Source: Candidatus Delongbacteria bacterium (GTDB lineage Bacteria; CAIWAD01). Taken from it: a stretch of DNA of 64,000 nucleotides. The stretch is from assembly GCA_963663545.1 (NCBI GenBank), contig OY760505.1, positions 160,001-224,000 of the forward strand, in the 5' to 3' direction. Every line of letters begins with the position of its first letter. Within the stretch, counting starts at the first letter, position 1. The position numbers and the translations under genes were made by a program. The notes under the pieces are model-generated. The model saw nothing but the letters and a program-made list of their open reading frames with translations, did no database searches and had not been told where the DNA came from. Positions 10,613 to 21,109 of this stretch are shown piece after piece.

Positions 10613-10704
10613 TCTGATAGTCGCTGCGCACCGCCCTGTTACGAGCACAAACGCGCCCCGAGGCACGTTTTACATCTCTGATTTCTGCAATGGATGAAGT
10701 CTTG

Positions 10705-11589
10705 TCAGGGTTGTAGCTGCAGCAAACGACGCTCCGTGTCCACAAGAGCCGTGGCTCCCTGAAGCAGACTGAGGCGCGGTTCGGCGTGACCGAACGGCAG
10801 GCCTTGTATCACGGGAATTCCCAGCGGCAGGAAGTACTGTTCGAAGAGCTCGGCCAGGCTGAAGGTGGACTTCTCCGCGTCGGGTTCCACGCAGTTGTTG
10901 AAGTGGCCCAGAAGAATTGCCCGCGTCCGCGCCAGTACTCCCGAATTCCTCAGCTGCGCCAGATAGCGATCCATGCGAAATGGATACTCGCCGTGGTCCT
11001 CGAGAAAGAGCACCAGCTCTTCGTCCTGCGGAAACCAGGGGCTCCCCAGAAGCGAGGTCAGTACACTGAAGTTGCCGCCCAGGAGGCTTCCTCGCGCACA
11101 ACCACCCGCCAGCACTTGGCCTTCGCGCAGATCCAGGCTCATGGGGGTTCTTTCTCCGCGCAGCCAGGGGGCCAGTGACGCGGCGCTGAGAGGATCGAGC
11201 GCGCCCACCTCTGTGGCCACCATCGGTGCGTGCAGGCTATTCCAACTGAGCTGCGTCCATAAGGCGAGTTGCAGCGCCGTCAGGTCGCTGTAGCCGACAA
11301 GCATGGGCGCATGGGTCACAGTTTCCAGTCGCTGCCAGTCCAGCAGAGGCAGCAGGCGTGCACAGCCGAAACCACCGCGCGCAGCCCAGACCAGCTCGGC
11401 GCTCTCGTCGCAGAGGGCGTGCATCAAGTCGTCGGCTCGTTCCTGATCGCGTCCCGCCAGATGCCCCCACGTATCACGCAGGTGTTTGCCTTCGATCAGC
11501 TCGTGCCCTTGCGCGCGCAACCAGTTCATGCCGCGCACAAGGCGCGCTTCGTTTACCGGTCCCGCTGGAGCTACTACATGAATTCTCAT
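10705..11589 (-). CDS. ldcA: LD-carboxypeptidase (peptidase S66)
   Basis: VVAPAG, ARGGFG, GYSDLT, GGNFS, LFLEDHGE, PFGH catalytic motifs. Confidence 0.92.
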   Translation of the reverse strand: MRIHVVAPAGPVNEARLVRGMNWLRAQGHELIEGKHLRDTWGHLAGRDQERADDLMHALCDESAELVWAARGGFGCARLLPLLDWQRLETVTHAPMLVGYSDLTALQLALWTQLSWNSLHAPMVATEVGALDPLSAASLAPWLRGERTPMSLDLREGQVLAGGCARGSLLGGNFSVLTSLLGSPWFPQDEELVLFLEDHGEYPFRMDRYLAQLRNSGVLARTRAILLGHFNNCVEPDAEKSTFSLAELFEQYFLPLGIPVIQGLPFGHAEPRLSLLQGATALVDTERRLLQLQP

Positions 11590-11704
11590 CTGCCTGCCTG
11601 AATACGTGCATCAACATCGCGGCGCCTTGAAGCAGGGCTTCGAGGTGAAATGCTCGATACCGAACCCGACAACGATAGCGAAACCGAGCGGGCTGCGCGG
11701 AAAG

Positions 11705-13051
11705 CTATTGATTGTACGTGTCCACCTGACGGTATTCGCCGAAGCCGCGGGAATCGACAAAGAGGAACTCGCGGCCCGAGTCCTCATACACCCAGCGTTC
11801 CCACGGCGGAGTGTTGACGTCGCCGCCTGAACGCTCGACGTAATCGGGATCGCCGTAGATCATGTAAATGCGACCGCGGTCGCTGCGCCAGCCTGCAAAG
11901 CGTGCCCAACCGAAGCGAGCGTCGGCATAGGCCGCGCGGCGGTAGTACTCGCGCATCAACTCGTTGAGTTCGGTTTCGGGCGTGGGGTCGACCTTCTCCC
12001 AGAAGTCCCGGAACATGTCCTGCTTGAAGCCCTGCGGCGCATCACGCATGTTGCGGTAGTGGCGCCCGTGCATCACGTAATGAAGTTGCTCGACGGCCAG
12101 ATTCAGATCAAAGCCTTCTCCGGGCGTATGCTTCCAGTGCACGCGAAACTGCTCGTGGCGTTCTTCACTGCGCACCAATTTGCCGTGGTCGAATTCTTCA
12201 ACAAGCAATTCAAAAGTGTACTCGCCTGACCCCAACTCCCCACCGGGAATCCGCAGGAGATTGCGCGCCAATCCCGCCGGAAAATGGCGCTCGAGCTGAC
12301 GACTGTGACGCACACGCTTGTGATGGTCGAGGATGCGCGTGCTTAGGCGCAGGCTCAGACTGTCGCGGGAGTAGAGTTCATAGAAGACGGCGAAGTCACG
12401 GCTTTGCTCGTTCAAACTGCCAAAACGCACCGGACGCGCGGTCAATGGATCGGGTTGGGTTGTGTCTGCGTCCTGAATCAGCCACACACCCGCCAGATCC
12501 CAGGGATCGCGACTGGGCTCGCTGACCTTGCACTCACCGTGCAGCGTTTGACGATGACGGGAGTTCAGGTCGACGAATTCCACCCACCACTCGCAGGGAC
12601 CGGGGCTCAGTTCCACTTCGAAATGATGCCAGCGCAGACCATCCTTTGGCATCGTCTCATCAAAGATGGGCGTCTCGTGCTGAAAACGCTGGTAGCGCGA
12701 CGCGAGCAACTGCTTGCCTCGGCGCACTTCCAGGCTGATCTCGTACTGGGCGCGATAACCCAATAGACCAGCTGCTCGATCCCCCGACAGGCTATCGTCG
12801 GCGATCTGAGCCAGACGATCCCCCTGGCACGGCCAGTTCTCGATGTGATCCAAACTGCGTCGCCTGAATTGCAGATCCGCCACATCCAGCATGCACGTGA
12901 ACACCTGTACCGGCGGTTCGTCGGCACTGCGGTAATGCTCGTTGAACTGCACAGCAAAGTCGGGCTCCCAGGCCTCCATATCGCCCGGCCGGTCCTGCGC
13001 CAAAGCAACAGTTCCCATCAGCAACAGGAGCCATAAACAAAGGGGCTTCAT
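11705..13051 (-). CDS. GWxTD domain-containing exported protein
   Basis: Signal peptide; FWEKVDPTPETELNELMREYYRR..GWRSDRGRIYMIYGDPD..W.Y..FLFVD. Confidence 0.88.
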   Translation of the reverse strand: MKPLCLWLLLLMGTVALAQDRPGDMEAWEPDFAVQFNEHYRSADEPPVQVFTCMLDVADLQFRRRSLDHIENWPCQGDRLAQIADDSLSGDRAAGLLGYRAQYEISLEVRRGKQLLASRYQRFQHETPIFDETMPKDGLRWHHFEVELSPGPCEWWVEFVDLNSRHRQTLHGECKVSEPSRDPWDLAGVWLIQDADTTQPDPLTARPVRFGSLNEQSRDFAVFYELYSRDSLSLRLSTRILDHHKRVRHSRQLERHFPAGLARNLLRIPGGELGSGEYTFELLVEEFDHGKLVRSEERHEQFRVHWKHTPGEGFDLNLAVEQLHYVMHGRHYRNMRDAPQGFKQDMFRDFWEKVDPTPETELNELMREYYRRAAYADARFGWARFAGWRSDRGRIYMIYGDPDYVERSGGDVNTPPWERWVYEDSGREFLFVDSRGFGEYRQVDTYNQ

Positions 13052-14367
13052 GCTTCCTCCCGGGGCAGAGCGTGCGCAAAGAGATCGTAGTGCAGGGCGT
13101 CGGTGTACTCCACCTCGAGGAATTGCCCGACGGGATGCAGACCGGCTACTTCTACGCTATTGTCGATTTCAGGAGCGTCGCGCCAGCTGCGCGCCACGCT
13201 CGTCGCCGTGTCGAGGTCCTGCTCCTCCACCAGCACGCGCTCACGCACACCGATCAGCGCTTCGTTGGCAGCCAGGGCGTGCTCCGCCTGGCACTCCATC
13301 AGCAGGCCCATACGCTCCTCGGCAAGCTCCACGGGCACAGCGTCCGGCAGACGCAGCGCGGCGGTGTCCTCTTCCGGGCTGTAAACGAAGACGCCCAAGC
13401 GATCAAAATGCCCGGCTGCAACGAAATCGTAGAGTTCGCGAAACTCGGCATCGCCCTCGCCGGGAAAACCCACGATCAGCGAACTGCGCACGATCAGGCC
13501 GGGAACGCGCTCGCGCAGCATGGCAATTCGATCCGCCAGCGACTGTGCATTGTCACCCCGGCCCATCAGCTTGAGGATGCGGCCTGAAACATGCTCGACG
13601 GGGAAATCCAGATAGGGCAGCACCGAGCTGCAGGCAGCCATGGTGTCGGCGAAGGCTTCCTCCACCAGCGGCGGATGGCTGTAAAGCAGGCGCAGCCAGG
13701 GGAATTGCAACTGATCCAGCTCGCGAATCAGCTTGTCAATCATGGACTTTCCGTAAAGATCGAGTCCCCAGGACGAGATTTCCTGCGCGATCAGATTCAG
13801 CTCCAGAACGCCGCACTCGCGCAGCTTCTTCGCCTCGGCAAGCAATTCCTCCAGAGGACGGGAGCGAAAAGCACCACGCATCAGCGGAATGCTGCAGTAG
13901 GTGCAGCGATGGTCGCAACCGTCCGCAATACGCAAATAGGTGGAAAAGGGAGTGCTTTGCAGGCGACGCGCCAGATGCAGCGGCAAGGCTTCACGATCCG
14001 CGGGAATGGCATCGGCCACGCCCAGCGCCAACTCACCGATCATGCGTTTGTACTCGCCCACCCCGTAGACGCCGTCCAATTCGGGTAGCTCGGCGGCCAA
14101 TTCCTTGGGCCAGCGCTGACTTAGGCAACCCATGAGCACCACGCGATCCACGCGCCCCGCCTTCTTCAGCTCAAGCGCTTCCAGCACCGCGTCAATGCTC
14201 TCCTCGCGGGCGGCCTCAATGAAGCCGCAGCTGTTGACCACAACCAACTCTGCGCCTTCGGCCTCATCCAGGAAGCGCGTACAGACGGGCAACTGCCCCG
14301 CAAGAATCTCGCTGTCCACCTGGTTCTTGGCGCAACCCACGGTGTGAATGTAGACGCCCGTGCCCAT
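13048..14367 (-). CDS. rimO: Ribosomal protein S12 methylthiotransferase
   Basis: GCAKNQVDSE, NSCGFIEAAREESID, GCDHRCTYC radical-SAM motif, DAPEID TRAM domain. Confidence 0.95.
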   Translation of the reverse strand: MGTGVYIHTVGCAKNQVDSEILAGQLPVCTRFLDEAEGAELVVVNSCGFIEAAREESIDAVLEALELKKAGRVDRVVLMGCLSQRWPKELAAELPELDGVYGVGEYKRMIGELALGVADAIPADREALPLHLARRLQSTPFSTYLRIADGCDHRCTYCSIPLMRGAFRSRPLEELLAEAKKLRECGVLELNLIAQEISSWGLDLYGKSMIDKLIRELDQLQFPWLRLLYSHPPLVEEAFADTMAACSSVLPYLDFPVEHVSGRILKLMGRGDNAQSLADRIAMLRERVPGLIVRSSLIVGFPGEGDAEFRELYDFVAAGHFDRLGVFVYSPEEDTAALRLPDAVPVELAEERMGLLMECQAEHALAANEALIGVRERVLVEEQDLDTATSVARSWRDAPEIDNSVEVAGLHPVGQFLEVEYTDALHYDLFAHALPREEA

Positions 14368-15314
14368 CAAGCCTCCTCCGTGCTACCGCTCAGACCTTCA
14401 AAGAGCGCGCGCACGTAGGCGGAGGGATCGAACGCCTGCAAATCCTCAACAGCCTCGCCCACGCCGATCCAGCGCACGGGAATGCCCAACTCACGATGAA
14501 TGGCCAGCACGACTCCGCCGCGCGCCGTGCCGTCCAGCTTGGTCAGCACCAGGCCGGTCACGCCGGTGGCATCGGTGAATAAGCGAGCCTGCGAAAGCGC
14601 ATTCTGCCCCGTGGTGCCGTCCAGCACCAGCAACACTTCGTGCGGAGAATCCGGTAGCAGGCGCGCGAGTACGCGGCGAATCTTGTCCAGCTCTACCATC
14701 AGATTCTTCTTGTTGTGCAGGCGACCGGCGGTGTCCACCAGCAGGAGCTCGTGGCCCTTCTTCAATGCTGAGGAAAGAGCATCGTAGGCGACGGCGGCAG
14801 CATCGGCTCCCTGATGACTGCGCACCATGTCAGCTCCCGCGCGCTCGGCCCAGACCGCCAACTGCTCGATGGCGGCGGCACGGAAGGTGTCCGCGGCGGC
14901 GATCATTACTTTATGTCCAGCAGCTACGTGGCGTGCGGCCAGTTTGCCGATGGTCGTAGTCTTGCCTGCTCCGTTGACACCCACCACTAGCACCACGCGT
15001 GGCGCGCCGGGGCGTCCAACTTCCAGCTCCTCCTGCGGAGCTGGAACCTCAGCTTTATCCATCATGGATAACAGCTGCTGCTCGATCAAGGTATCCAGCT
15101 CGGTGTCGGCGTCGTGGCGGGCGGCCTCGCGCAGCCCTTCCAGCACGCGCTCGGTCATTTCCCACCCCAGGTCGGCGCCCAGCAGGATCTCCTCGAGCTC
15201 GTCCAGCATCTCGCGATCGAGCCGACGTCCCTTGCCGGCCAGTTCGCGAATGCGATCGCCCAGGTTTTCTCGCGTGCGTGTTACAGCCTGCTTCAAGCGG
15301 CGCAGCAGGTTCAT
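14367..15314 (-). CDS. ftsY: SRP receptor GTPase
   Basis: [37 protein letters not shown]; start at MNLL (ATGA overlap with nadK stop). Confidence 0.97.
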   Translation of the reverse strand: MNLLRRLKQAVTRTRENLGDRIRELAGKGRRLDREMLDELEEILLGADLGWEMTERVLEGLREAARHDADTELDTLIEQQLLSMMDKAEVPAPQEELEVGRPGAPRVVLVVGVNGAGKTTTIGKLAARHVAAGHKVMIAAADTFRAAAIEQLAVWAERAGADMVRSHQGADAAAVAYDALSSALKKGHELLLVDTAGRLHNKKNLMVELDKIRRVLARLLPDSPHEVLLVLDGTTGQNALSQARLFTDATGVTGLVLTKLDGTARGGVVLAIHRELGIPVRWIGVGEAVEDLQAFDPSAYVRALFEGLSGSTEEA

Positions 15315-16192
15315 TCGTCCTCCACATTCCATTTCAATTTGCGGCGCAGCACGCCAATAAAGCCCGGAGGCGCCGTACGTAATAGACGCAGTCGTCGCGG
15401 GCTGCGCTCGACAATCAGGCGTTCGCCCTCGCTCAACGGCACGCTGACCTGGCCGTCCACCATGACCCTCAGCGGCCGCCGGTTGTCCAGGCTTTCGCTT
15501 TCCAGTCGAGACGTGGCGCTGGCCACAATGGGCCTGACGCTGATGGAGTGCGGCATGATGGGCGTCAACACAATGGCTTCCATGCGCGGATCCAGCACCG
15601 GGCCGCCTCCGCCCAGATTATAGGCCGTTGAGCCCGTGGGCGTGCAGTGGATCAGGCCGTCGCCGGCGACCTTGAAGAGATCCTCGCCGTCGATGCGAGT
15701 GCGCAGACGGATGATGTGGCCGGGGTCCTCGCCCGTGAGCACCACGTCGTTTAGCGCATCCATGATCAGCGGCTTTTTGCCGCGCGGAATGCGCAGCCGC
15801 AGCATCATGCGCGATTCTTCGTGCAGGCGACCTTCGGCCAGATCCAGCAGACACTGTTCGAGCTGTTCGGGAACGGCCGCGCTCAGGTAACCCATGGACC
15901 CCATGTGCACGCCCAGCAAAGGCAGATCGCGTTTCAGCTCGCGCGCGGCACCCAGGATGGAGCCGTCTCCGCCCAAGGCAACCACCACGTCGACGGCGTC
16001 ACTCAAGCTGGCTTCGGGTAGAATATCGGCGCGTGCTACGCAGCCCAGTTCGCCCGCGCTGAACCCGGAGCGTTCAAAGAGCTCACGACCGAAGCGCAGA
16101 CGCAGGCCCATTTCCTGCGCCAGACTGCAGAAGCGCGGCAGCACTTCACGCAGGCCTTGGCGATCTGCTCCGCCACGCAGTCCGAGAATCAC
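15311..16192 (-). CDS. nadK: NAD kinase
   Basis: LGGDGS, ALNDVV, GDGLIHCTPTGSTAYNLGGGGP. Confidence 0.95.
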   Translation of the reverse strand: MILGLRGGADRQGLREVLPRFCSLAQEMGLRLRFGRELFERSGFSAGELGCVARADILPEASLSDAVDVVVALGGDGSILGAARELKRDLPLLGVHMGSMGYLSAAVPEQLEQCLLDLAEGRLHEESRMMLRLRIPRGKKPLIMDALNDVVLTGEDPGHIIRLRTRIDGEDLFKVAGDGLIHCTPTGSTAYNLGGGGPVLDPRMEAIVLTPIMPHSISVRPIVASATSRLESESLDNRRPLRVMVDGQVSVPLSEGERLIVERSPRRLRLLRTAPPGFIGVLRRKLKWNVEDE

Positions 16193-16446
16193 GCTTCTCC
16201 CTCCGTGTCGAAGAAGAGGCCACCCACGGCGCCGCCGTCAAGATCGGGCTCGTCGTCTTCCTTCAGAACGCGCATCAGCTCCTGCTCCACCTTCGCCAGC
16301 TTCTCAGCACAATACTTGTGCAGGCCAATGCCTTCGCGATAGTGGGCCAGGCTGTCCTCCAGGCCGATTTCGCCTTCCTCTAGCTTCTCGACGATTTCCT
16401 CGAGCCGGGCCAAGGCCTGCTCAAAGCTGGGTTTCTTTTCCTTCAT
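16189..16446 (-). CDS. xseB: Exodeoxyribonuclease VII small subunit
   Basis: SFEQALARLEEIVEKLEEGEIGLEDSL..Y.EG..L...C...L. Confidence 0.95.
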   Translation of the reverse strand: MKEKKPSFEQALARLEEIVEKLEEGEIGLEDSLAHYREGIGLHKYCAEKLAKVEQELMRVLKEDDEPDLDGGAVGGLFFDTEGEA

Positions 16447-17899
16447 GATCTACCTCGCTAGTCAGCACGCGCACTTCGGCGCGTCCGTCGCTGAAGGTCA
16501 ATGATAGTGTTTGATTCGCTTCCAGTTCCGCCGCACTGCGCACGGGAATCCCACTGGCATCGGCGACGAGGGCGGCGCCCAGGGCGTGCAAACGCTTCAG
16601 CACTCCCTCGCTGCCCGCGCTACGCAGTCTGCGTTCCAGCTCGCTCAACCGCCGGGAACTCTGTGATACACGCTGATGCATGGAACGCCGCAAGCGTTGC
16701 GCCTGCACGTCCAACTCGCGTGCGTTCTGCTGTTGAAGCCGCAACAGCTGTACGCGCATTCTGCGCGGCAGGGCGTCGAGACGAGTGGCACTTGTAGTAC
16801 AAAGAGTGCGCAGCACCAGCCGTAGTCGCTGTTCAAGAGAAGGTAGTTGTTCCACTAGCCGTGACACACGCTGACTCAGGCTTTCGACAAGACGTTGCTG
16901 CAGCTCGTCACGCCGTTGCTGCTGCTCGCGCAGGCGCCGCAGGGGTTCGGCCAGTGCGCGATGCTCGATGAGCGAGCGCAGATGGCGCGCTTCGCGTGTG
17001 ACACGGTTTTGCACGGCCTGCTGCAGGCGATGCTTCAGGTGACCCAGGTGTTGCAGGAGTTCGGCGTCGTCGGGCACAACCAACTCGGCGGCCGCCGAAG
17101 GCGTAGGTGCGCGCAGGTCGGCCACCAGGTCGGAAAGCGGTGTATCAACTTCGTGTCCCACCGCGCTGACGATGGGCAAGGGACATTCATGAATAGCGCG
17201 CAGCAGCGCCTCGTCATTGAAGCAGAACAGGTCTTCGAAACTGCCTCCGCCGCGTCCCAGGATAATCAGATCGAGTCCCGGCTGGCGCCAGAAACGACGG
17301 AGACGACGGGCAAGCACCGGTCCGGCCAACGGTCCCTGTACGGGAGCGGGCATCAGAACAAGACGAATGGAAGGATGCCGTCGCCTGAGGATTTTTTCCA
17401 TGTCTGCCAGAGCAGCGCTTCCGGGCGCAGTCAGCAGTCCGATGCATTCGGGCATCTTCGGCAGGGCTTGCTTGTGAACCGCGTCAAAGAGGCCCTCGTC
17501 GTCCAGGCGCTGGCGCAGTTCCAGATACGCTTGCATCAGTTCGCCCAGACCAGCCGGGCGCATTCGCTGAATGTCGAGCTGCAGTCTGCCGCCGGGGCCG
17601 TAATACACGAGACGTACTAGGGCCTCCACCTGCAAGCCATCGCGCAGTGTGACACCCTGGCTTTCGGCCACTTGCGCACGCGCACGCCACATGACGGCGG
17701 AGAATTGCGCGCCGCCATCTTTGAGAGTCAGGTAGCGGTGGCCACTATGGTGGTGCTTGTATCCGGAGATTTCGCCGCGAACCCAGAGGGCGGGGAATTC
17801 TTCCTCCAAGCGCAGACTAAGTTCGCGAGCCAGCGCGGTAACCGTCCAGATACGACTGGCGGATTGCTCGCTGTTCGCTGTAGCCTCTGCGCCGGACAT
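16421..17899 (-). CDS. xseA: Exodeoxyribonuclease VII large subunit
   Basis: WVRGEISG..HHSGHRYLTLKD, GRGGGSFEDL, SAVGHEVD, DLRAPTPSAAAE; start MSGAE at 17899 behind GAGG. Confidence 0.95.
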   Translation of the reverse strand: MSGAEATANSEQSASRIWTVTALARELSLRLEEEFPALWVRGEISGYKHHHSGHRYLTLKDGGAQFSAVMWRARAQVAESQGVTLRDGLQVEALVRLVYYGPGGRLQLDIQRMRPAGLGELMQAYLELRQRLDDEGLFDAVHKQALPKMPECIGLLTAPGSAALADMEKILRRRHPSIRLVLMPAPVQGPLAGPVLARRLRRFWRQPGLDLIILGRGGGSFEDLFCFNDEALLRAIHECPLPIVSAVGHEVDTPLSDLVADLRAPTPSAAAELVVPDDAELLQHLGHLKHRLQQAVQNRVTREARHLRSLIEHRALAEPLRRLREQQQRRDELQQRLVESLSQRVSRLVEQLPSLEQRLRLVLRTLCTTSATRLDALPRRMRVQLLRLQQQNARELDVQAQRLRRSMHQRVSQSSRRLSELERRLRSAGSEGVLKRLHALGAALVADASGIPVRSAAELEANQTLSLTFSDGRAEVRVLTSEVDHEGKETQL

Positions 17900-18041
17900 G
17901 GTTCCTCGCTTTCTGGCTGGCTGTGCAGGGCACTCCCCAAGGGCGGAAAGGGCGCCGGCAGAAGGATTCCACCGGCGCCACATCCCTGAGAGTCCACTTG
18001 GCCAAAGCCAGCGCGGACTCCCGGCTGACCATCACAAGAAG

Positions 18042-18131
18042 TTATTTCTTCTTATGACGATTCTTGCGCAGTCTTTTTTTGCGCTTGTGCGTCGCAATTT
18101 TGTGACGCTTGCGCTTACGTCCACAAGGCAA
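18042..18131 (-). CDS. Small basic ribosomal protein bS22 (AURKAIP1/COX24-domain family), 29 aa
   Basis: Manual translation from TTG: MPCGRKRKRHKIATHKRKKRLRKNRHKKK*, preceded by an AAGGAGG RBS; closely resembles the Bacteroidota-type bS22 sequence; below the ORF-track size cutoff. Confidence 0.9.
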   Translation of the reverse strand: MPCGRKRKRHKIATHKRKKRLRKNRHKKK

Positions 18132-18149
18132 GGTTTGCCTCCTTCCAGT

Positions 18150-18437
18150 TTACCGGTATCTGGATTGTTCAATCCGTTGTTTCAACTCCGAAGCAGGGCG
18201 GAATACGGGGACCAGGCGATCCTCCAGCCAGACGGTCTCACCCGTTCGCGGATTGCGCGCCGGGCGGGCCTTGCGCTCTTCCACCTTGAAAGTACCAAAG
18301 CCACGCAACTCTACGCGACCACCACGCTCCAGCTCTTCGCTCATTGCGCTGAAGAGCTCGCGCACGACACCGCGTGCCTCGGGACGGCTAAGACCCAATT
18401 GGTCCATCAGATGCGTGACCAGTGTATCACGGTTCAT
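18150..18437 (-). CDS. HU/IHF family DNA-binding protein
   Basis: GGRVELRGFGTF..RKARPARNPRTGE..PVFRPA. Confidence 0.93.
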   Translation of the reverse strand: MNRDTLVTHLMDQLGLSRPEARGVVRELFSAMSEELERGGRVELRGFGTFKVEERKARPARNPRTGETVWLEDRLVPVFRPASELKQRIEQSRYR

Positions 18438-21091
18438 TCGGCCTTCTCCCGGATCACGAGCACTTGACCGGGTAGAAGCGCATCCTCTTCACCTAGCGAG
18501 TTTATTCGCTGAAGATCGGCAACGCTCACCTCATAAAGACGCGCGATATCCCACAACGTATCACCGCTGGAAACGCGATGCGTCAACCCTGCGCCAGCTG
18601 TTTTAACCAGCAGGCGTTGACCGGGTTGTATCACGTTGCCGCGTAGATGATTCAAGGAACGCAGTTCCTGCAGGCTGAGCCCGTGCCGTGAGGCGATGGC
18701 GCTCAGATTGTCGCCGCGCCGGACAGTGTAATATTCGGCATCGCCATTCGCCTGTGTCACAGGGGCGATTTCTTCAGCGTTGGAAGCGGCAAGCTGCAAA
18801 CGCTGACCGGGATAGATTTGATTTCCGCTCAGACCATTAAGGGCGCGCAACTCGCTTACACCTAACCCGTGACGGGCAGCGATGGTGCTCAAATTGTCGC
18901 CACGCTTGACGGTGTAATACGTGGGTTCGGCAGCAGGTGCGACAACCGTTTCGGCGGGCTGCTCAAGCATAACCGGCTGCAATACTTGCGGTTCAACCGT
19001 TGACGTTTCATGCCTATTCGCACGCACACGTAGACGCTGACCGGGTTGTATCACGTTGCTCTTTAAATCGTTCAGATCGCGCAACTCGGCAAGGTCCATT
19101 CCGTGCTTGGCCGCAATGGCACTTAGATTGTCGCCGCGCTGCACGGTGTACTCTTTGCTGCTGACCGGGGGCGATGTCGACTCCTGCTCAGAATCTTCTG
19201 CGCGCACCCAGAGATGTTGGCCCGGGTAGATACTATCGTTCAGATTCAAACCGTTCCACTCCAGCAGCGTACCCAGTTCCATACCGTGACGAGAAGCAAT
19301 GGCGCTGGGATTCTCGCCGCGCTGAACCGTATGCGTGCTTGCATCATCCGGGCGTGTCACAGGTTTGCGTGATACACTCGCCGTCTGCTCAGCCTTTTCC
19401 GGATCGGCCAGCATCAAGATCTGTCCGGGGTAGATGCGATTGGAATCCAGTTCATTCCAGCGTTTGAGGTTGCGTACGCTGAGCTTGTGCCGTTGGGCAA
19501 TGAGGGAAAGCGCATCGCCGCTTTGCACGGTGTAACACGGCACGCCGTCGGGGCGCACTTTGACCGGTCCCTGTGCTGCGCGCGGTGTGGCTCCAGGAGC
19601 CAGCGGAACCAGAATTTCCTGCCCCGGCCGAATCAGACTGCGGGTACTCAGTTTGTTGGCCGTCAGCACCGTACTCAGCGGAACGCGATAACGCGAAGCG
19701 ATGCCGCTAAGTGTATCACCGCGACGTACTTTGTGACGGACCCAGTCCTGATATTCGCTATCGGGAACCTCGGCCAGCTCGGCGTTGAAGGCCTCCAGCT
19801 TACTGTAAGGCATATAGAGATTGCCTCCCTCGGGAGGCGTGCAGAAGCGCATCAGTTGAGGATTCCAGGCTTTAAGCTCGCTTTCGCTCACCGCAAGCAT
19901 ACCTGCCAGTTTTTCCAGATTCAGCGCGCCCTTGACCCATGCCGCTCCCAACTCCTCCTGCGGAGCCTCTTCCATGTGCAGCTCAAAACCGTACTCATCC
20001 AGATGCTGGAAGACATAGCGGGCGGCCAGGTACGTGGGAATGTAGTTGCGCGTTTCGGCTGGCATGCGCGGCAGCGTCCAGTAATCCTTCTTGCCGCCTG
20101 CGCGACGAATTCCGCGATCAACGCGGCCCGGGCCCCAATTGTAGGCTGCCAGAGCCAGATACCAATCTTCGTAGCGCATGTACAGGCTGCGCAGATAGCG
20201 TGCGGCGGCGTAAGTGGCCAGCTCAAGATGGACTCGCTCGTCCACCCAGTAATCGACGCGCAAATCGAAGACGCGGGCGGTTCCGGCCATGAACTGCCAA
20301 GGACCGGTGGCGCGCACACGACTGCGGGCCTCAGTGCGGAAGCCGGACTCGATCATCGAGAGGAAGATCAGATCCTCGGGCAACCCCTGTTCGCGTAGCA
20401 CGCGGCGAATGGTGGGTGCCACCTGCGGGTAACGCTCCAGCCATACATTGTAATAGCGACGCCCTTTGCCCGTGGTGAAATAGTCGATCATCTGTGATAC
20501 ACGACGATGTTCGGCCTCGGGAATGCCTGGCAGCAGCGGATGTTCGGGGTCTTGCTCCGCCCGCAACTCCAACTCTTCCAGTTCCTGCAGCAGCGTGCTG
20601 TCGGCGAATTGCTCGTCCTGTTCCAGCAAAACGGACATCAGTGTATCACCGGCCAGACTGTCGGCAAACTGGGCGATGGTGAAATCGAGACTATGAATGC
20701 CGCCGGAGCTACTGTCTACGGGTGCATCGGGCAGCAGGCGGACAAGATCGACGGCCACTGCGCGACGCAGGCTGTCCAACTGTGGCAGCGCGTCCTCGCT
20801 GGTCAGACTGTCGGACAAATCGAGAAAGAGACTGCGCAACTCTTCCGAGGCCAGCGCGAGGCTGTCCTGAGCGATCCAGTCGCAGGCCTGCTGATGGCGC
20901 TGCGTGAAGCGGGCGAGTTGCAGACTGTCGGCGTTGAGTTCCTGCTCCATTGGCAGATCAAGCTCCACCGGGCGTGTGCGTGCGGCTGGATGCAGCACTC
21001 CACAGCCGACGGCGATGAAGGCGGTCAGCACAAGCAGAAAGCCAAGATGTCGGTAGACTGGACGCACTTTATTCCTCAACGAATCGGTCAT
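18434..21091 (-). CDS. MltD-like lytic transglycosylase lipoprotein with seven LysM domains
   Basis: Lipobox IAVGC; LSMIESGF, GPWQFM, LALAAYNWGPG, ETRNYIP; seven [HY].V..G[DE]..S.IA-type LysM repeats. Confidence 0.92.
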   Translation of the reverse strand: MTDSLRNKVRPVYRHLGFLLVLTAFIAVGCGVLHPAARTRPVELDLPMEQELNADSLQLARFTQRHQQACDWIAQDSLALASEELRSLFLDLSDSLTSEDALPQLDSLRRAVAVDLVRLLPDAPVDSSSGGIHSLDFTIAQFADSLAGDTLMSVLLEQDEQFADSTLLQELEELELRAEQDPEHPLLPGIPEAEHRRVSQMIDYFTTGKGRRYYNVWLERYPQVAPTIRRVLREQGLPEDLIFLSMIESGFRTEARSRVRATGPWQFMAGTARVFDLRVDYWVDERVHLELATYAAARYLRSLYMRYEDWYLALAAYNWGPGRVDRGIRRAGGKKDYWTLPRMPAETRNYIPTYLAARYVFQHLDEYGFELHMEEAPQEELGAAWVKGALNLEKLAGMLAVSESELKAWNPQLMRFCTPPEGGNLYMPYSKLEAFNAELAEVPDSEYQDWVRHKVRRGDTLSGIASRYRVPLSTVLTANKLSTRSLIRPGQEILVPLAPGATPRAAQGPVKVRPDGVPCYTVQSGDALSLIAQRHKLSVRNLKRWNELDSNRIYPGQILMLADPEKAEQTASVSRKPVTRPDDASTHTVQRGENPSAIASRHGMELGTLLEWNGLNLNDSIYPGQHLWVRAEDSEQESTSPPVSSKEYTVQRGDNLSAIAAKHGMDLAELRDLNDLKSNVIQPGQRLRVRANRHETSTVEPQVLQPVMLEQPAETVVAPAAEPTYYTVKRGDNLSTIAARHGLGVSELRALNGLSGNQIYPGQRLQLAASNAEEIAPVTQANGDAEYYTVRRGDNLSAIASRHGLSLQELRSLNHLRGNVIQPGQRLLVKTAGAGLTHRVSSGDTLWDIARLYEVSVADLQRINSLGEEDALLPGQVLVIREKAE

Positions 21092-21109
21092 AAAAAGAGC
21101 TTTAAGGTA

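Noticed and set aside
18600-19160. Repeated DNA segments (GACCGGGTTGTATCACGTTGC etc.) resembling an array
   Set aside because: They encode duplicated LysM domains; not CRISPR, and no cas genes are present.
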